64,000 bases of DNA from Felis catus (Eukaryota), in the NCBI RefSeq assembly GCF_018350175.1, contig NC_058368.1, forward strand, positions 186,002,001 to 186,066,000, given 5' to 3'. The translations under genes were made by a program, and so were the position numbers. Under the pieces are notes generated by a model. That model ran no database searches. It was not told the DNA's origin and worked only from the letters and a program-made list of their open reading frames with translations. This document shows, in pieces, positions 11,710-26,602 of the stretch. The number at the start of each line of letters is the position of its first letter. Positions within the stretch are counted from its first letter, which is position 1.

Positions 11710-14700
11710 AAAAATGCTCTGAGGGAGAGTTAATGGAATGATGACGATGATGATAATTATTAATAAGAATGTCTTCTATTACAGAGTCTTTTCTGTGTGT
11801 CAGAGAAAGTTTCAAGCATTTTTAATTGAGTGTATTACTTAATCCTCAGAACAACCCTGAAATATTGGTGATACTGAGCTTAAATATATTAAATAATTTA
11901 TACAAGTTAATATTCAAACTTGAGCTGCCTAACTCCAAAGTACACATTTAAAAATTGCTCCAAGTTGTTTTGATGAAAGGTAGTAAAGACCTCGTTGAGG
12001 AGATGCTATGCTTTTAAGCCTTAAAGTCATAAAGAAGGTAGAAAGGATTTGCGAAGCCATTCAGAGAAGAAAAATTAAGATTCAGTGTGTGGATAGGATT
12101 GGCTATTTATATTCAGAAAAATATAGTTGGATTAGTTCTGTCACAAGGTGGGAAATTATAGAAAACAATGTTGGAAAGTTCCTGAGAACAAAAGCTTGTG
12201 CTTAATTGACCTACTAAATTCTTGAAACATGGTGAAAGTTGTGTTTTCAGAAGATCCATTAGACCACAGTGGGAATAAAATAGCATAATAATTGAGAGCA
12301 CAAGTCTAGGAGCAAATCACTTGAACTCATAGCCCAGGTTTTGTAACTGATCCCTGCAGTAAATGAGCCTCTAGAAGTCTGTTTCCTCATCCACAGTGAT
12401 ACCTTGGGTGTGATGTGTAGGAAATAGGACCATGGCTATGAGAATTCAACTAGGTTGTTTGGATAAAAAGTTTGCTACAGTACATGTAGTTAGTGCTCAG
12501 TAAGCGCTAGCTTTTATGATTAATGTGTAAAAGACAGACTGTGGAAGAGAGAGACTGACAGCAGGGACATAACTTAATAGGCTACCAACACAGTCCAGAT
12601 GGGAACAGACAAATCCTGAACTAGGACAGGGGCATTGGCAACAGAAAAGAGGACAGTTACACAAGATGCTTTAGAGGCATAAGTGCCTTTGTGATTCATT
12701 AGAGGTGGGAGGTAGAGACATGACTCTAACTGTTCACGCCTGGCTCACTGAGACAATGATGGTGCTATTCCCAGATGCAGACCAATTATAAAGACATGAT
12801 GGTTTGGAGGAAAAATCATGGATGCAGAATCTGTTTTGATATATTGACTGTGAACTAAAGATGTTCTTCAAGTCATATCCATCTACCACCAAGGCAATAT
12901 TATTCTCAAGTATGATACAGATGTGACTGGTGGGAAATTAAGAAGGCTCAGGTGGTGTGTGCGAAGGTTGTCACTGATGACATTGAATTACATGGCGAGA
13001 AGATTCTTCCCTGAGAAATGGTCCTTCTACTCTTCTGTTTGCATCAATGAAATGTTTTACTTTGGGGCCAGCTGCAATTTCCCATTTCTCAAATATCTTT
13101 CCTTCCCTCATTTTCAATATACTCAGTCTGCATAACACTAATATATGCACTTAAAATTTAAGAACATTTGTTTGCTTTTCATTGTATTTTTGCATCAACT
13201 TCTATTGTGTCAAATGCTTCTGCTTTTTCATTATGGCCCTAATATGAACTTTCTTTTTAAAAATTCATTTTACTAAAAACAATAATGAATCAATTTAAAG
13301 AAAAAAATACTAAAAAATCAGCAGTATAGTCACCACTTGAATATAATAAAGTCATGAGAGGTGGGCTTGAATGAATGAAGGTTAGAAAGCCTTGCAGTAA
13401 GCTAGGTCAGATATTAGGCAATATTCTCACCCAGTTTTGACCAAGGCTTCTTAAACTGATAAACATTTATGGTAAGTCTCAGAGAAAATCACATTGTAAT
13501 AATGTATTTAAAAGGAGTATAAATTTAAAAGGAGTATAAATTTGATCTGATAATTTCCCAAGAAAGCTGTTTTTATAACTTCCTTGTAGATATTAACTAG
13601 TTGTAAAGCTCTGCTTTGAAGGTAAGAATGGCATCAGAAATCAAACAAAAGGTCATGCAGAAACTTCAAGTCATTACAAAATCAACTGTCATGAGAATCA
13701 GGCTGCCTCTGAGCATTGGTGTTAAGTTTCCATTCAGTCCTTTCTCTTCACAAATACAACCAGAATGGCGCTGCACACAAAATACAAACCAACAAGAGCA
13801 GGGAGTGAACAACAAGACCAACAGGGAGTCTAACCACCGTATTAAAATTCACAAATGATGCAATCAATTAAATCATGCTACTCAGTATCAAATCTGATAT
13901 CAATGAAGTCTTGCTTTGATTTCCCTAGGAAGATTAATAGCTTTGTGGCACCTTGGTAATATTTCTTGCCATGCTTTAAGTAAGTAGGTCATTTTCTTCT
14001 GGAAATATCTCATAATAGACAGTAAATACTCTAGATCATTCTCAAGATGAAATATTGAGGAGGAAATGATTTAGGCCCTATGATATAAAGCCAACACTTC
14101 CCTTACCACCATTTGGTTTTAATGCCCCTCTGGGCTCAAATGACTAAAAAGACTGGCTAGTCATCAGTTTTGGGGCTCTGTTTTAGGGTGCTGGAGCAAT
14201 TACAGAAATATGAATATACAACACAATTTAATTCCCAATTTCTCATTCTGGAAGCATGCAGACTTAGAAATTATTTTTACACATGTTCTTCCTTTCACAG
14301 ATGGAAAACCAGTTCTAAGGCAATCCTAAATCTTTTTTAGGGACCAAATAAAAGACTGTTCTAGTACTTGATGTTCAGGATTTGCAGTGAATAAGGGAAC
14401 AGAAGGCCACTTTTCAAAAATATACTCAAGCATTTCTTTGACCTTCTTTTTGCAAATTAAGAGAGTTGGAGAAATATGCAAACACTGTTGATAATAGTGT
14501 TAAGACCAGATAGTTCTTTGATTTGGAGAATGATGGTTATGAAGATATAATCTTAAATTTCTATTTTTGCATAGGTCCTTAACTTGCTTCTCTATGTATA
14601 GCAGACCAAGACCTTATTCCAAATTAGTCAACACAGAAGTATATTCTATGAATTTCAGGGAAAAAACTCAGGTTTGTGCAAATAAATCAACAGAAAACAG

Positions 14701-15755
14701 TTCAACTCACAGGAATATATATCAAAATACATGTCTTAATAGACATTAAGCTGAGAACCCATCATTTATATTTGAAACTGGGACATATCAAACTCACTTA
14801 ATTTTAAAAGGAGCAGCTGGAATAATTTGCTTGGAGTATGTACTCAACATTGCAGAGGGTTTATACTGGCCACCCAGGAGACAGATATGGTCTCTGAAAT
14901 AGGCTTAAATTATATCACATGGGTTTTCAAATAAATTCAATTAATGCCAATAAAATCTATGATACTTGTTGTAAAAATAAAGATTTTTAGTTTCTCTTAA
15001 GAAATCTGAGCTCCTGACCATATTAGGTCCCACACGCACTTGTATTAGTAAAAGCTACTATTCATTGAATGCTCACTAAGTTCCAGGTATCATTCTAAGC
15101 ACTCTTCTTTTTTGTTTTTTTGATTTTGTTTTTTGCTTTTTCCTTTATACACACAGTATGCCTGTGAAACAGGTTTTTTGTCCACATTAGTTATCTGGGA
15201 GATTTAATCCCTGAGAAATTCAGTAATTTTCTCAATATCTATAGCTAGTAACTGATGCAGTTGGGGTTTCAAACAAGGCCTGTCCCTTATCCATAAGAGA
15301 GCCAGTTCAAATATTAAATTAGTGAATGCGGAATCAGTCCATATCCATTATGATCACATTTCTGTATTTGCAGAAAGTTAATTTTCCCTGTGTGATTACT
15401 TTAAATGCTGCTATTTTAATATACCATAAAACTTATTTCCTAAAAGAAACATTACACCTACACCTAATAAATATTGTCTGCTTTTAAAATAATTGCTAGT
15501 CATTTTTGCTTAAAGAAATTAAGCAAATAAGTTACTAATCCAATTTTAATCCATTTTGCTTCAAACTGATAGAATCCATTTATATTTATCTATTATGCTA
15601 GAATACCAATTATAATTTTCTCTGGTAAATTAAAACACTTCATTTAATTTTCTGCATATCATTTGTAGACAGGTATTGAAAAGCCTGTGAATTATTTATA
15701 CCAGAATATTAACTCTGGAAGGGGTCACTCAAAATTGCTTTCAAGAGCATCTTAC

Positions 15756-15893
15756 CAGAAGTTGTCTTCACTACTTCAGTGGTATTTCTCAGTCCAACAA
15801 ATGAAAATTGATAAAGCCTCCACGATCTTGTGTCACCTACTTCAACAGAACTACGCTTCCATTGGTAGACAATTTCTTCACGTGGATAGCCAT
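15756..15893 (-). CDS. GABRG2: GABRG2 coding exon 6
   Basis: Acceptor atggcAG|AT. Encodes (Y)[45 protein letters not shown](G). Donor G|GTAAGA. 138 nt. The next exon (DYVVMSVYFDL...) was not found in 1-15755. Confidence 0.98.
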
Positions 15894-16456
15894 CTGCCAT
15901 AAGATGGAAAAGCACATATTTAAAATTATTTATAAATGAATGTATGTAGCAACCACCTTCCATGAACAAGACACTGAGGTAAGTATGAGAGAGATGGCAT
16001 TTTAAGTTAGAAAAGGATCTTGAACTAAAGAGCATCACAATAGAGGAAATAAATACATGACATCTTATCCCAACAAGAAGTTAAGAAGTCATAAGGTCAA
16101 GATTACCCTTGAAAATAATTTGCATAGAAGATATGCTAAACATGGTTTCGGATATACTATACGCATGCTTTACATTGTCTGAGGTAAGATATAAAAAGTA
16201 TCCAATATATGATAAATAGCACATATGCAAGATATTATTTTATGATGAGGAGGAGTAAACAAGGCAAGGTTTTGAGAGTCATGCAGAAACAGAAAATAAT
16301 GGAAGAGGAGACTCAAATGCCTCTCCAGGCATGTCCTTAGAGTGAAAGATGACTGAGAAAAATAACCTCAACTATTTACATTATTCTCTCTCTCTCAATT
16401 TGTTGGGACTTCATTTTAATACATGCAGAAATCTACAATTAACAGTAGTAAGTAGT

Positions 16457-16646
16457 GGGACGCCTGGGTGGCTCAGTCCATTAAGCATCCAACTCTTGAT
16501 TTTGGTTCAGGTCATGATCACATGGTTCATGAGTTTGAGCCCCACGTTGGGTTCTGTACTGACAATGTGAAGCCAGGTTGGCATTCTCTCTCTTTCCCAC
16601 TCTCTCTGCCCCTCCCCCCCCCAAAACTAAATAAACTTTAAAAAAA
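16457..16646 (+). mobile_element. CAN-SINE
   Basis: Head gggacgcctgggtggctcagt. TSD AGTAGTAAGTAG at 16444 and 16647. Confidence 0.92.
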
Positions 16647-16945
16647 AGTAGTAAGTAGAAATGCCAAAGGGAAGATACCAATGAGCACTATGTAGATTCT
16701 GAAGAAGTTAATTATGTTCAGCCAAGAGAACAGAAAGCCTTCATGAGAGAGGTATTGCACTGATTATGTAGAGATTATCAGTACCATTTGCTAGCCATAA
16801 TACCCTCGACAAATTTCTTTGTTTTTTCCCTCAATTATTTGTTTCTTTATGGAGATGATGGTAGTACTTATTTCATGACTGATGGCCAATGTATAATTGT
16901 TGAGTGGATAAACATTATGAAGTAAATTATAGAATAAACTCTGTA

Positions 16946-17059
16946 GGGGTGCCTGGCTGGTTCAGTCACTAGATCATGCAACTCTTGATCTCAGGGTTGG
17001 AAGTTAAAGCCCCATGTTGCATGTAGAGATCACATAAAAATAAAATCTAAAAGAAAAGC
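16946..17059 (+). mobile_element. Short CAN-SINE (no CT tract)
   Basis: ggggtgcctggctggttcagtc...actcttgatctcagggttg...gtagagat...aaaataaaatct. Confidence 0.85.
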
Positions 17060-17635
17060 ATAAACTCAAGTAAAAACAGATAGATAGATGATAAATGATA
17101 GATGATAAATAAAACTAGACATCATTTCAACTATTTATGAACTAATAATGCTATATAAGTCTTAACTATGGAGGCTGATTGACTACCTGGAATAGGATCC
17201 CTAACGTGTTCCCTTTTTCTTTTCTTTTGGTCCAACTAGGCTTGTGTTGTGTGCTTATTAACTAACATGCAAGAAAAAAGAAAGCATGATCCCCAGACTG
17301 GCATGGAGAAGGGGTAGGGGATAGGATGTGTTGAACCAAGAAAAAGAATAGTAATGTTAGGGAACTCCCTATGGAGAACATGTTGATGATTTAACTTTTT
17401 TGATAGCAGTAAGAAACATTAAGTTGTGTTTGGGTTCAGAAGACAAGTGTCCCATCAGTGACCTAAAGACACAGAAATCACCAGCTCTAGATTTTATCTG
17501 ACTCAGAAGAGTAGTCCCAGTTGAAAAAATAATAGAAAAGAAGTCTCATCTCCTAAAGCTTGGGGAGGATTTTACTTAAAAATATTCCATTCTTGGATAA
17601 AGTAAAACATATGAAATAAGATTTATAATGGGAAA

Positions 17636-17860
17636 TTTTTTTTTAAATTTTATTAATGTTTTATTTTATTTTTGAGAGAAAGAGAAGCAGAGCATGAGTT
17701 GCGGAGGGGCAGAGAGAGAGGGAGACATAGAATCTGAAACAGACTCCAGGCTCTGAGCTGTCAGCACAGACCCAGATGTGGGACTCAAACTCATGAACCC
17801 ATGAGATCATGACTTGAGCCAAAGTCAGATGCTTAACTGACTAAGCCACCCAGGTGCCCC
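17636..17860 (-). mobile_element. CAN-SINE
   Basis: Reverse-complement head ...gccacccaggtgcccc; T-rich tail; imperfect TSD taatgggaa. Confidence 0.92.
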
Positions 17861-18795
17861 AATTTAATGGGAACTTTTCTAAATAGATATGATAGATAGT
17901 GATATTTTTCCTCTAGTTCCTTCTGGAATTTATGTAATGATGAACAGATGATTGCTGCTTTCATCATTGATTTTTTTTTTCTTTTTGAAAGGACAGCTAT
18001 TATTATTTAGTTGGTTTGTATGGGTCTCTGTCACTCCCTGCCTGGGAAATTCTACTTATAGAAATGTAAACTTAAAATTCATAATAAGTTTTTCATTCTG
18101 CCTAGTATCCATAGTTGTCAGACCAAAAATAAGAAAGAGGTGAGCAACCTAACGTGGACCTGAACAATTAGTGAGGCAAACATTTGGGGAACACTGAAGC
18201 TTAGGTTTAGTTTAGGCAGGAAATTATCTATGAAGCTTAATTTGTATTATAATCATCACAGATCATTTTGCTATATAATCTATTGCCTGATAATAATAAT
18301 AATTAATAGAAATAATAGAGCTTTTTACTGAATCCTATTGTGTATGAGGTAGCATATCAAGCATTTTACATATATTACATCAACAAAACAATATTGTGGG
18401 AGGGCACATCTCAAAGTCTCTGCTGGGCACCTGAGATTGTGGACTCACTGCAAGATTTAATAATTTGCTCAAGTCTATAGTGATGGAGTTGGGATTTGAA
18501 CTAGACCCAAAAGACACCAAAAATTAGTCTTTTATTCACTGGTAGATAACTAGTTCTAGATATTATTCAAACTCCATATGAAGTGGGTAATTTTCAATTT
18601 TGCTACCTTTAACGCATATACAAATGGAAATAAGCAGATGACACTGTAAGGGAGAGAATAAATGCTGCTACTCTCTTCTTCTGAGCCAATTGGGGGCAGG
18701 TGGGAGCCGGGAAGAAGAATGTAAAACCTACCATTATACCTTTCCAGTGAGTTCAGTCCTGGCTTTACAATCCTTCTTGAGAAAGGTCTCTGGGT

Positions 18796-19015
18796 GGGGC
18801 ATCTGGGTGGCTCAGTAGGTTAAGCTTTGGACTTCAGCTCAGGTAATGATGTGGGGCCTGTGGATTTGAGCCCCACATTGGGTTCTGTGCTGACACCTCA
18901 GAGTCTGGAGCCTGCTTTGGATTCTGTGTTTCCCTCTTTCTCTACCCCTCCCCTATATGTGCGCTCTCTCTCTCTCTCAAAAATAAATACAAATTTAAAA
19001 AAAAAAGAAAAGAAA
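18796..19015 (+). mobile_element. CAN-SINE
   Basis: Head ggggcatctgggtggctcagt, CT tract and A-tail. Confidence 0.9.
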
Positions 19016-19277
19016 AATATCTCCAGGCAACCACTGTGAATTTATTAAAAATTTATGCCCCAGTGAAAGCTACTTGTAAATTCTAATAAAATAGATCCTT
19101 TTTTTGCAGGAAATCACTCTAATAGGGTTAAGCTGGTATTATGATGAAAGTAACTGTCAAAATCTTCAAAGTCAACAACATTGCTTGTTTCTGCATTCTC
19201 TAGGAGTATCCCAATTAGTTGGCATTGCAATTAGGAAACTGTTGGTGAGAGAGGATACAGAATACAGAATGAGATTA

Positions 19278-19400
<123 letters not shown>

Positions 19401-21441
19401 TTAGACACAGTTTTAAGAATGTACATGAATGCAATTTTTAATGACTATTCTTCATCTTTGTTCCTGGAGAATATATCTCATATTCCTATTGATAATTCAA
19501 GGTGATTCTCCCTGAAGAAACCCACCAAGTCCAGGAGAAAATTACTTAAGACTTAATGTAGTCCATTCATTTTCACAGAACAAACAATAGGATCTCAATG
19601 GCTTCAATTCCATTTTTTTCCAAAATTTATGACCACGTAATTTTTTTGGCAAATTAATTGCACACATGAGATTGCTTGGCGAATATATTTAACTTAACAG
19701 AACAAATTGTTTTAGGAACTTAAGCTCATTTACTGTTTGCATGTAAATTAATGCTGATAATTCTCAGATCTTATCTGCTAATTAAAGCAGAACCTTCTGT
19801 TTGTAAGTACTTGGTAGCTGTTAGATTTAAATTACTATATGTGAGTTTTAACATACTTATATTTCACAATGGAGTATTATGCATTCTTATAATGGAACAC
19901 TATGAAGCCATTAGACAGGATGTTACAGAGTAGAAGAATACTTAATAGCAAACAAGAAATGTTAAATACACATATACAGACATGTTTGAAAAATGTTTGC
20001 CAGTGAACCTCAATTAGTTTGCATCTGGGGTGTTTATTAAAGTTACAGATTTTCTGGATCTCGATATAGGCTAGGACTCTAGGATGGAGAAATTTAATGG
20101 AGTCCCAGATGTTTTGGACCATCTTTGGACAAGTAGGAATATACTCTAAAATTGTAATGGCAGTGGGTTATTTTTAAGATTTCTTATTTGTTAGCTATAT
20201 TTCTTACAAAGTACAGAGAATAATCTTGAACTAATAAAAGTATTATTTTATAAATATTAATTTATTTTAAAAGATTTTATAACTCAGCATAATTATTAAT
20301 TGGGGAGATTTCATTTTTCTATGGTATAATAGAGCAACTACTGATCTTAAAATATAAGTAATAATTATTCAGCCTTTAATCACCTATGTGACACTGGGTA
20401 TGATAAATTTTTCTCTCATTTAATAAATGTTATTATCGCTTTAATGTACTTTAACTTGTTCAGTCACAAAACTAGCAGCACAGTTGAGATTTGAACCCAA
20501 GATTATTTGTCTCTAAACCCGAAGGTTTTAATCATTGTCATTCAATAATTATATGCTCTTCCAAAGAAAAGGTTAGTTTTATTTGTAAGTGAAATTATAA
20601 TTAATTTGATATTTTTTAAGTTAAACTGGAATTATTAAAATTGAAAACACCTTTAGAAAGATTGCAGATACAAAAATAGATACACACATATATAATCTGT
20701 GCACACACAAATATTCATAACTTATAGATTGGCAACAAGAATAAAATCATCTCTATAGATTCACAACTCATTCAAACTTTGAATCTTACAAGTGGAATTT
20801 TTGAAGTAACTTCCATAATTAAATATTGGATAGAGATTCTGCAAGTTATTACAAGTTAAAAAATGACTATAGTTATGAGGACAATAAAGGGACTTGAGAT
20901 AGTGTGAGTGACTCAATTTTGCAAAAGCTAGACTGAGCTCTGATTTATCAAACTTTGATTTCCACTAGATTCTAATTTCAATCACTACCTTATCTCTCAT
21001 TTAATGAAACCCATGATTAATACAAACTATATGCAATGAATTTCTTTTGTAATTGTGGCCATTTTTCCTAGTTACTGATCTTGAGTGGGGGAATGTGTCA
21101 TGAGGGTGGTGGTGCCTTACTTCCAATAACCTCCATCAATTCCTACCTAATTCCTCTAAATAAAAATGTAACCAAGTAAAAATATTAAACTTACTAATAA
21201 AGCTTTGAGATATACCTTCTAGCATCAAGACCCCTGCAACCAGATAGCTGCCCTTAAGTCATATACATAGAAATTCTGGAGAGCTGCCCTAATTCATATT
21301 GATAGTCAAATAGAGCTAAGAACCAAAGTCAGATCTGCCTGGTTCTTAAGTTTATATACTTACCTATTATGATGTTTAATAATATAATTTTACCCATTTG
21401 AAACCTCAACATAAAAACATTTTAAATGCATGTAAGTATAA

Positions 21442-21672
21442 GGGGTGCCTGAATGGTTCAGTAGCTTGAGTGTCCAAATTCAGCTCAGGTCATGATCTTG
21501 CAGTTTGTGAGTTCAAGCTCCACATTGGGCTCATTGCTGTCAGGGCAGAGGCAGAGTTGGCTTCAGATCCTCTGTTCCCCCTCTCTGCCCCTGCCCCGTT
21601 TGCACTCTCTCAAAAACAAACATTTTAAAATAATAAATAAGTAAATAAATAAATAAATAGATAGATAAAATA
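21442..21672 (+). mobile_element. CAN-SINE
   Basis: Head ggggtgcctgaatggttcagt...ctcaggtcatgatc; (TAAA)n tail. Confidence 0.88.
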
Positions 21673-22020
21673 AAGTGCTAAGATAATGGCATACAGGAAT
21701 TTAAGTAGAAAATCTCCCAAAAGTTATTTCATATTTAAGTTCTGAAAATAAAAGATACCTCCTTCAACTTATCCCTAAAGAAGTCTATTCCCAAAATAGC
21801 CAATAAATTAAGTCAAATAGCCTATCAGTGTAGTGGGGAGTGGGTGCTGGCAGATAGAACTCATTGTAGTTACTTGCTATTGTGCAGAAAAGAAAAGGAG
21901 GTACAGGAGATCTCCACACCAAAATTTCTCCTTTAGCAATGGTTTCCTTGGAAACAGAGACATTTCCAAGCATAACAACTGGCGATCCCAATGGTAACTG
22001 TGTTTCAGTCTCCTTATTTA

Positions 22021-22237
22021 AAAAAAAATTTTTTTAACGTTTATTTATTTTGGGGACAGAGAGAGACAGAGCATGAACGGGGGAGGGGCAGAGAGAGGGG
22101 GAGACACAGAATCGGAAACAGGCTCCAGGCTCTGAGCCATCAGCCCAGAGCCCGACGCGGGGCTCGAACTCACGGACCGCGAGATCGTGACCTGGCTGAA
22201 GTCGGACGCTTAACCGACTTCGCCACCCAGGCGCCCC
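22021..22237 (-). mobile_element. Young felid SINE (SINEC_Fc type)
   Basis: CpG-rich and nearly the reverse complement of the 11493 copy. TSD CAGTCTCCTT(A/T)TTT at 22006 and 22238. Confidence 0.96.
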
Positions 22238-22505
22238 CAGTCTCCTTTTTTTAAAGTAGCAGGACACACATGCAAAAGCCAAGGCAGGCACAAAGATCAG
22301 GTAACCTTATGAAGTCAAGGGACATTTCATGTCCGTGTGAGAAAACAGAGTTCTTACATTAGTCAAAGAAATAAGTTCTACCTATGACTTTGCAAAGTAT
22401 ATTGAAAACAGAAAGAAATACAAATTTTGTACTACCACATACTGTTTTGATCAAACATGCACACCCTGATGTAGGTTTGAAATTTCTTTCATTCCTCTTG
22501 TTTCA

Positions 22506-22865
<360 letters not shown>

Positions 22866-23057
22866 TTATCATTTCTATTCTCATTACCAACATAAAGCAA
22901 AGGTACTCTGGTTTTAATTAATTTAAAGAAGGCAAAAGCTTTGCTAAGGAGATACATCCATCTTTTATAGACAAATTGATAAAAAAATAGACCTGTTTAG
23001 ATGAATTCTAGCAAAAGATCATAGTTGTAATATAGTCATTTGTATTCAGTGTCTGTA

Positions 23058-23286
23058 CAGCAGTTTCTCATGTTACTTTGGGCCAGCTAATTCTTTGTTG
23101 TGGGGGCTGTGTTGTGTATGTTCGAATGCTTAGTAGTAGCATTCTTAGCCTCTACCCACTAGATGCCAGTAGCACCAACACCACCACCCCCAATGCAACC
23201 CCCTGCATATTGTGATAGCTAAAAATATCTTCAGACATTGCCACATGTATCTTGAGGAAAACAATCACCTACATTCAGAATCACTG
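23058..23286. mobile_element. MER20-like hAT-Charlie DNA transposon relic
   Basis: Characteristic ataattctttgttgtgggggctgt-like ...ctctacccactagatgccagtagcacc...cagacattgcc sequence with CAG...CTG termini. Confidence 0.8.
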
Positions 23287-24176
23287 CTAAAGAGTGAAGA
23301 AAGTCCATAATACTCAAAACAGTCCTCAACTGGAGCTCTGGAGAATGGCTCAGTTGCCTCAAAATAAAATTGGGATCTTTAAGAACCTGCCTTGTTAGGT
23401 AGTGTGAAGATGGAAAAGGAGAATTCACATAAAATGGTTTTGGTCTGGCAGATAGCAAAAACCAAATGCAAGGTAACCTTTAAAATATTTTTACTATTAT
23501 AGTTGTCCTTTTCACTAATAACGAGGAAATTAACCAATTAAAAAATAATTTTTACTAATGTGCTAACTCCATCACAAAGCACATTCACAAAGTGCTGTGA
23601 TGAGACATGATTCTGTAATGACTATACTCAAGTATACATCACTAAATTGGCAAGTGATTGACTTTACTTAAAGAGAAGTAAGTTTGATGTGAATTCAGAC
23701 CATTAGACCTGGAATCTGAACACCCAAGTTCTGGTTTGTCACATTTAGATATTATTTAACATTATTTTATAACAATTTCACTGATGCCTATAAATGAGAA
23801 AAAACTCAGTGTTCTTAGAATATGAGAGCTGAGTGTTGGGAATCATCCACATTTCCTGTCTAATACCATCAACCAACCACCACTTTATAATGAAGAACAC
23901 ACATAAAACAGGAAGGTTACCCAAAAATACATAGCCTGTCAGGATCAGACTAAAATCTTCTTCCTTTGCCTCACTTGCATTGCTGTGTGATTTCTTTGCA
24001 ACTCCTGCTGAGGTGTCTCACTGTAGCTGACTACATTTCCACTGGCGTAAGCCACATAACACTTTGTTCCATATTTGTTGTCTGTAAGTAGTAAGAAAGG
24101 AACCTATCTTATGAAATTCTTTATCAACTAATTAGTGACGAACCAGTAGATAAAGTAATTAAATAATTCTAAACTA

Positions 24177-24394
24177 GGGGCGCCTAGGTGGCTCAGTCGG
24201 TTAAGCGGCCGACTTCGGCTCAGGTCATGATCTCACGGTCCGTGAGTTCGAGCCCCGCGTCGGGCTCTGTGCAGACAACTCAGAGCCTGGAGCCTGTTTC
24301 AGATTCTGTGTCTCCCTCTCTCTGACCCTCCCCATTCATGCTCTGTCTCTGTCTCAAAAATAACTAAACGTTAAAAAAAATTTAAAAACAAAGT
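24177..24394 (+). mobile_element. Young felid SINE
   Basis: CpG-rich body. Exact 15-bp TSD AATAATTCTAAACTA at 24162-24176 and 24395-24409. Confidence 0.95.
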
Positions 24395-24427
24395 AATAAT
24401 TCTAAACTACATTTTGGCAAGAAGCAA

Positions 24428-24430
24428 AAA

Positions 24431-24469
<39 letters not shown>

Positions 24470-24471
24470 AT
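24428..24471. repeat. (AAAT)n microsatellite
   Basis: About 11 units. Confidence 0.95.
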
Positions 24472-25335
24472 CCATCCCACAAAAATAAAATCTTTTTTTC
24501 ACTTAACCAGCATTTCATAAAATGCGATCCTGGGATAACAATTCTGGGGACTAGTACTCCTGAAGTTAAAAGTTCTATGTTTAAATAAACTACCCATATA
24601 GCTTCTTAAATATTTACATTTTGCATTAGAATCCTAAATATGCTGAAAATTTTATTTATAAGGAAGAAAACTGTTGGTATTTGTTTCATTGTTAAACAAA
24701 TGAACTTACTTGCTTGGAGTATGCAGGTGATATACTTTATCATCACTGTACATGAGAACACTTAAAGTTTCTCATCTCTCTGACTCAATAGAGTGTCCTT
24801 ATTGCTAGCTTGATAAACACCATTTCAAAATTATAATATCATATATTATGTTATGTTAGGTTAGGTATTATGTTATAGCATGTTCTACTCTATTCTATTC
24901 TAGACTCCAATCTAGTTTCTTAGGTCAGATTTGGGCAGAAAGAATCATATAATAATAAAGCTACATTTATCATTATATCTAATGCACTATTTTCTCTGAT
25001 AAATAATTCCAGTATGAAGCAAACTCTGTCCTCTCTACCCCATCATTTTCCAAAAACTAGTGGAACACTGTATTTTATTTTGTAGTAACGAGTACTTACC
25101 AAGTAAGCAATGATTGTTGAATTTTAAAAGTATAACATATTTACAAAAATTAATTTGTACACATATGATCACATTTAAGTCTCATAACAAATTATAAAAA
25201 ATAATTATCTTCATATTACATAAAAAAATCTGAACGGCTATCTCTCCCTTATGGATTTTTTGTTAGCATATTCTTTGCTATTTTTATGATACCACATCTC
25301 CTCTCTAATATGTTAATAAAATTGGCAAACCATTA

Positions 25336-25458
<123 letters not shown>

Positions 25459-26196
25459 TTAGTCTGTGTTATTCTAGAAATAGATTTATTTTGCCACATT
25501 AGAAGTGATTTATTCACAACTAATTTGGTGTCGGTGACTAATTTATTACATTTAAATAACTATTTACTTTCAAAAAAATCTCCTTTTAAGCACGTATATG
25601 CAGTAACTAAGCATATTGGAGTTTTGAAACTGATTAAGCTTTAAAATTACATTAAGATGAACAAATGAGAAAACACTGCTTAGATTTTCTTTAGCCTTCT
25701 CTACATATCCTGAATTTTACCATTTTTCTTCAAGCCCCAGAATCTTTTAGGCATCATAATCTGACTTGACCCATGTAGAAAAAATAACTTAGTGATCTAG
25801 AAAAACTAAGCATTAGAAACACGAAGTAGACATTTGGTACAACAAATATTGTAAGTTTCTTTTAAAATATTTCCCTCTGTTGATTCCTTTCATGACCACT
25901 TAATTCTCATACACTTCAGCCAACACAAAATCAATCTTCCTAAATGACTTATTCAATCGTGTGACTCATCAAATAATATGAGGAAACCATATGGAAACTC
26001 AATACACACCTATTTGTCAAAGATGAATGATATTAAAATTCATGAAGTATTTCACCCATGACCAAATGGATGTGCTCCATTTTCATTTAACAGTTAATGA
26101 ACAAGGATTCATAATATCATCCTGTACTTCAAGTCAATAAGTACATTTTCTCTCATCTTTATCCACTTTCCCTGAAAGTGCCATGCCCTAATTTTC

Positions 26197-26602
26197 TGTG
26201 TTGGATTGAATTCTTCAGTAGTCCCTGCATCTATGCCCCTGCATTTACTCCAGTGAGGCTACTTCTCTGCCTCTGAACTTGGGGCTTGACCATCTGACTT
26301 GTGTTGGCTAATACTACACAGATAAGTGAGTATACAAGTTCTAATCCCAAGCATTAAGCCTTATGAGCTTCTACTTTCTGTCTCATTCTTTGTGTGTTTT
26401 TTTTTTTTTTCATGATAAAGATACTCCTGGCTAGTCTGCTGCTCCCAGGAGTAGAATGAGAATACAGCTGTCTTAAATGAGCAGCCCTAACCTGGCTTAG
26501 CTTAGATTAGACCACCCCTGGGAAAATGTTAAATAAATGCTTATTATTATATGCTACTGAGAGTTGTGATATTTTATTTCACAGAAGTACGTAACTAATA
26601 TA
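26197..26602 (+). mobile_element. MaLR MLT1-like LTR relic
   Basis: Contains cttggggcttgaccatctgacttgtgttggc and the end motif aataaatgcttattatt...taactaata. Confidence 0.6.

Noticed and set aside
12000..12950. Purine-rich tract that looked like unique regulatory sequence
   Set aside because: It resembles decayed L2/MIR sequence, as do 46330-46860 and 52050-52400. Too diverged to bound or name confidently by eye.
1..15755. Possible downstream GABRG2 exons (M1-M4, gamma2L micro-exon)
   Set aside because: No DYVVMSVYFDL, TTVLTMTT or LLRMFSFK-type coding sequence found. The region is intron 6.
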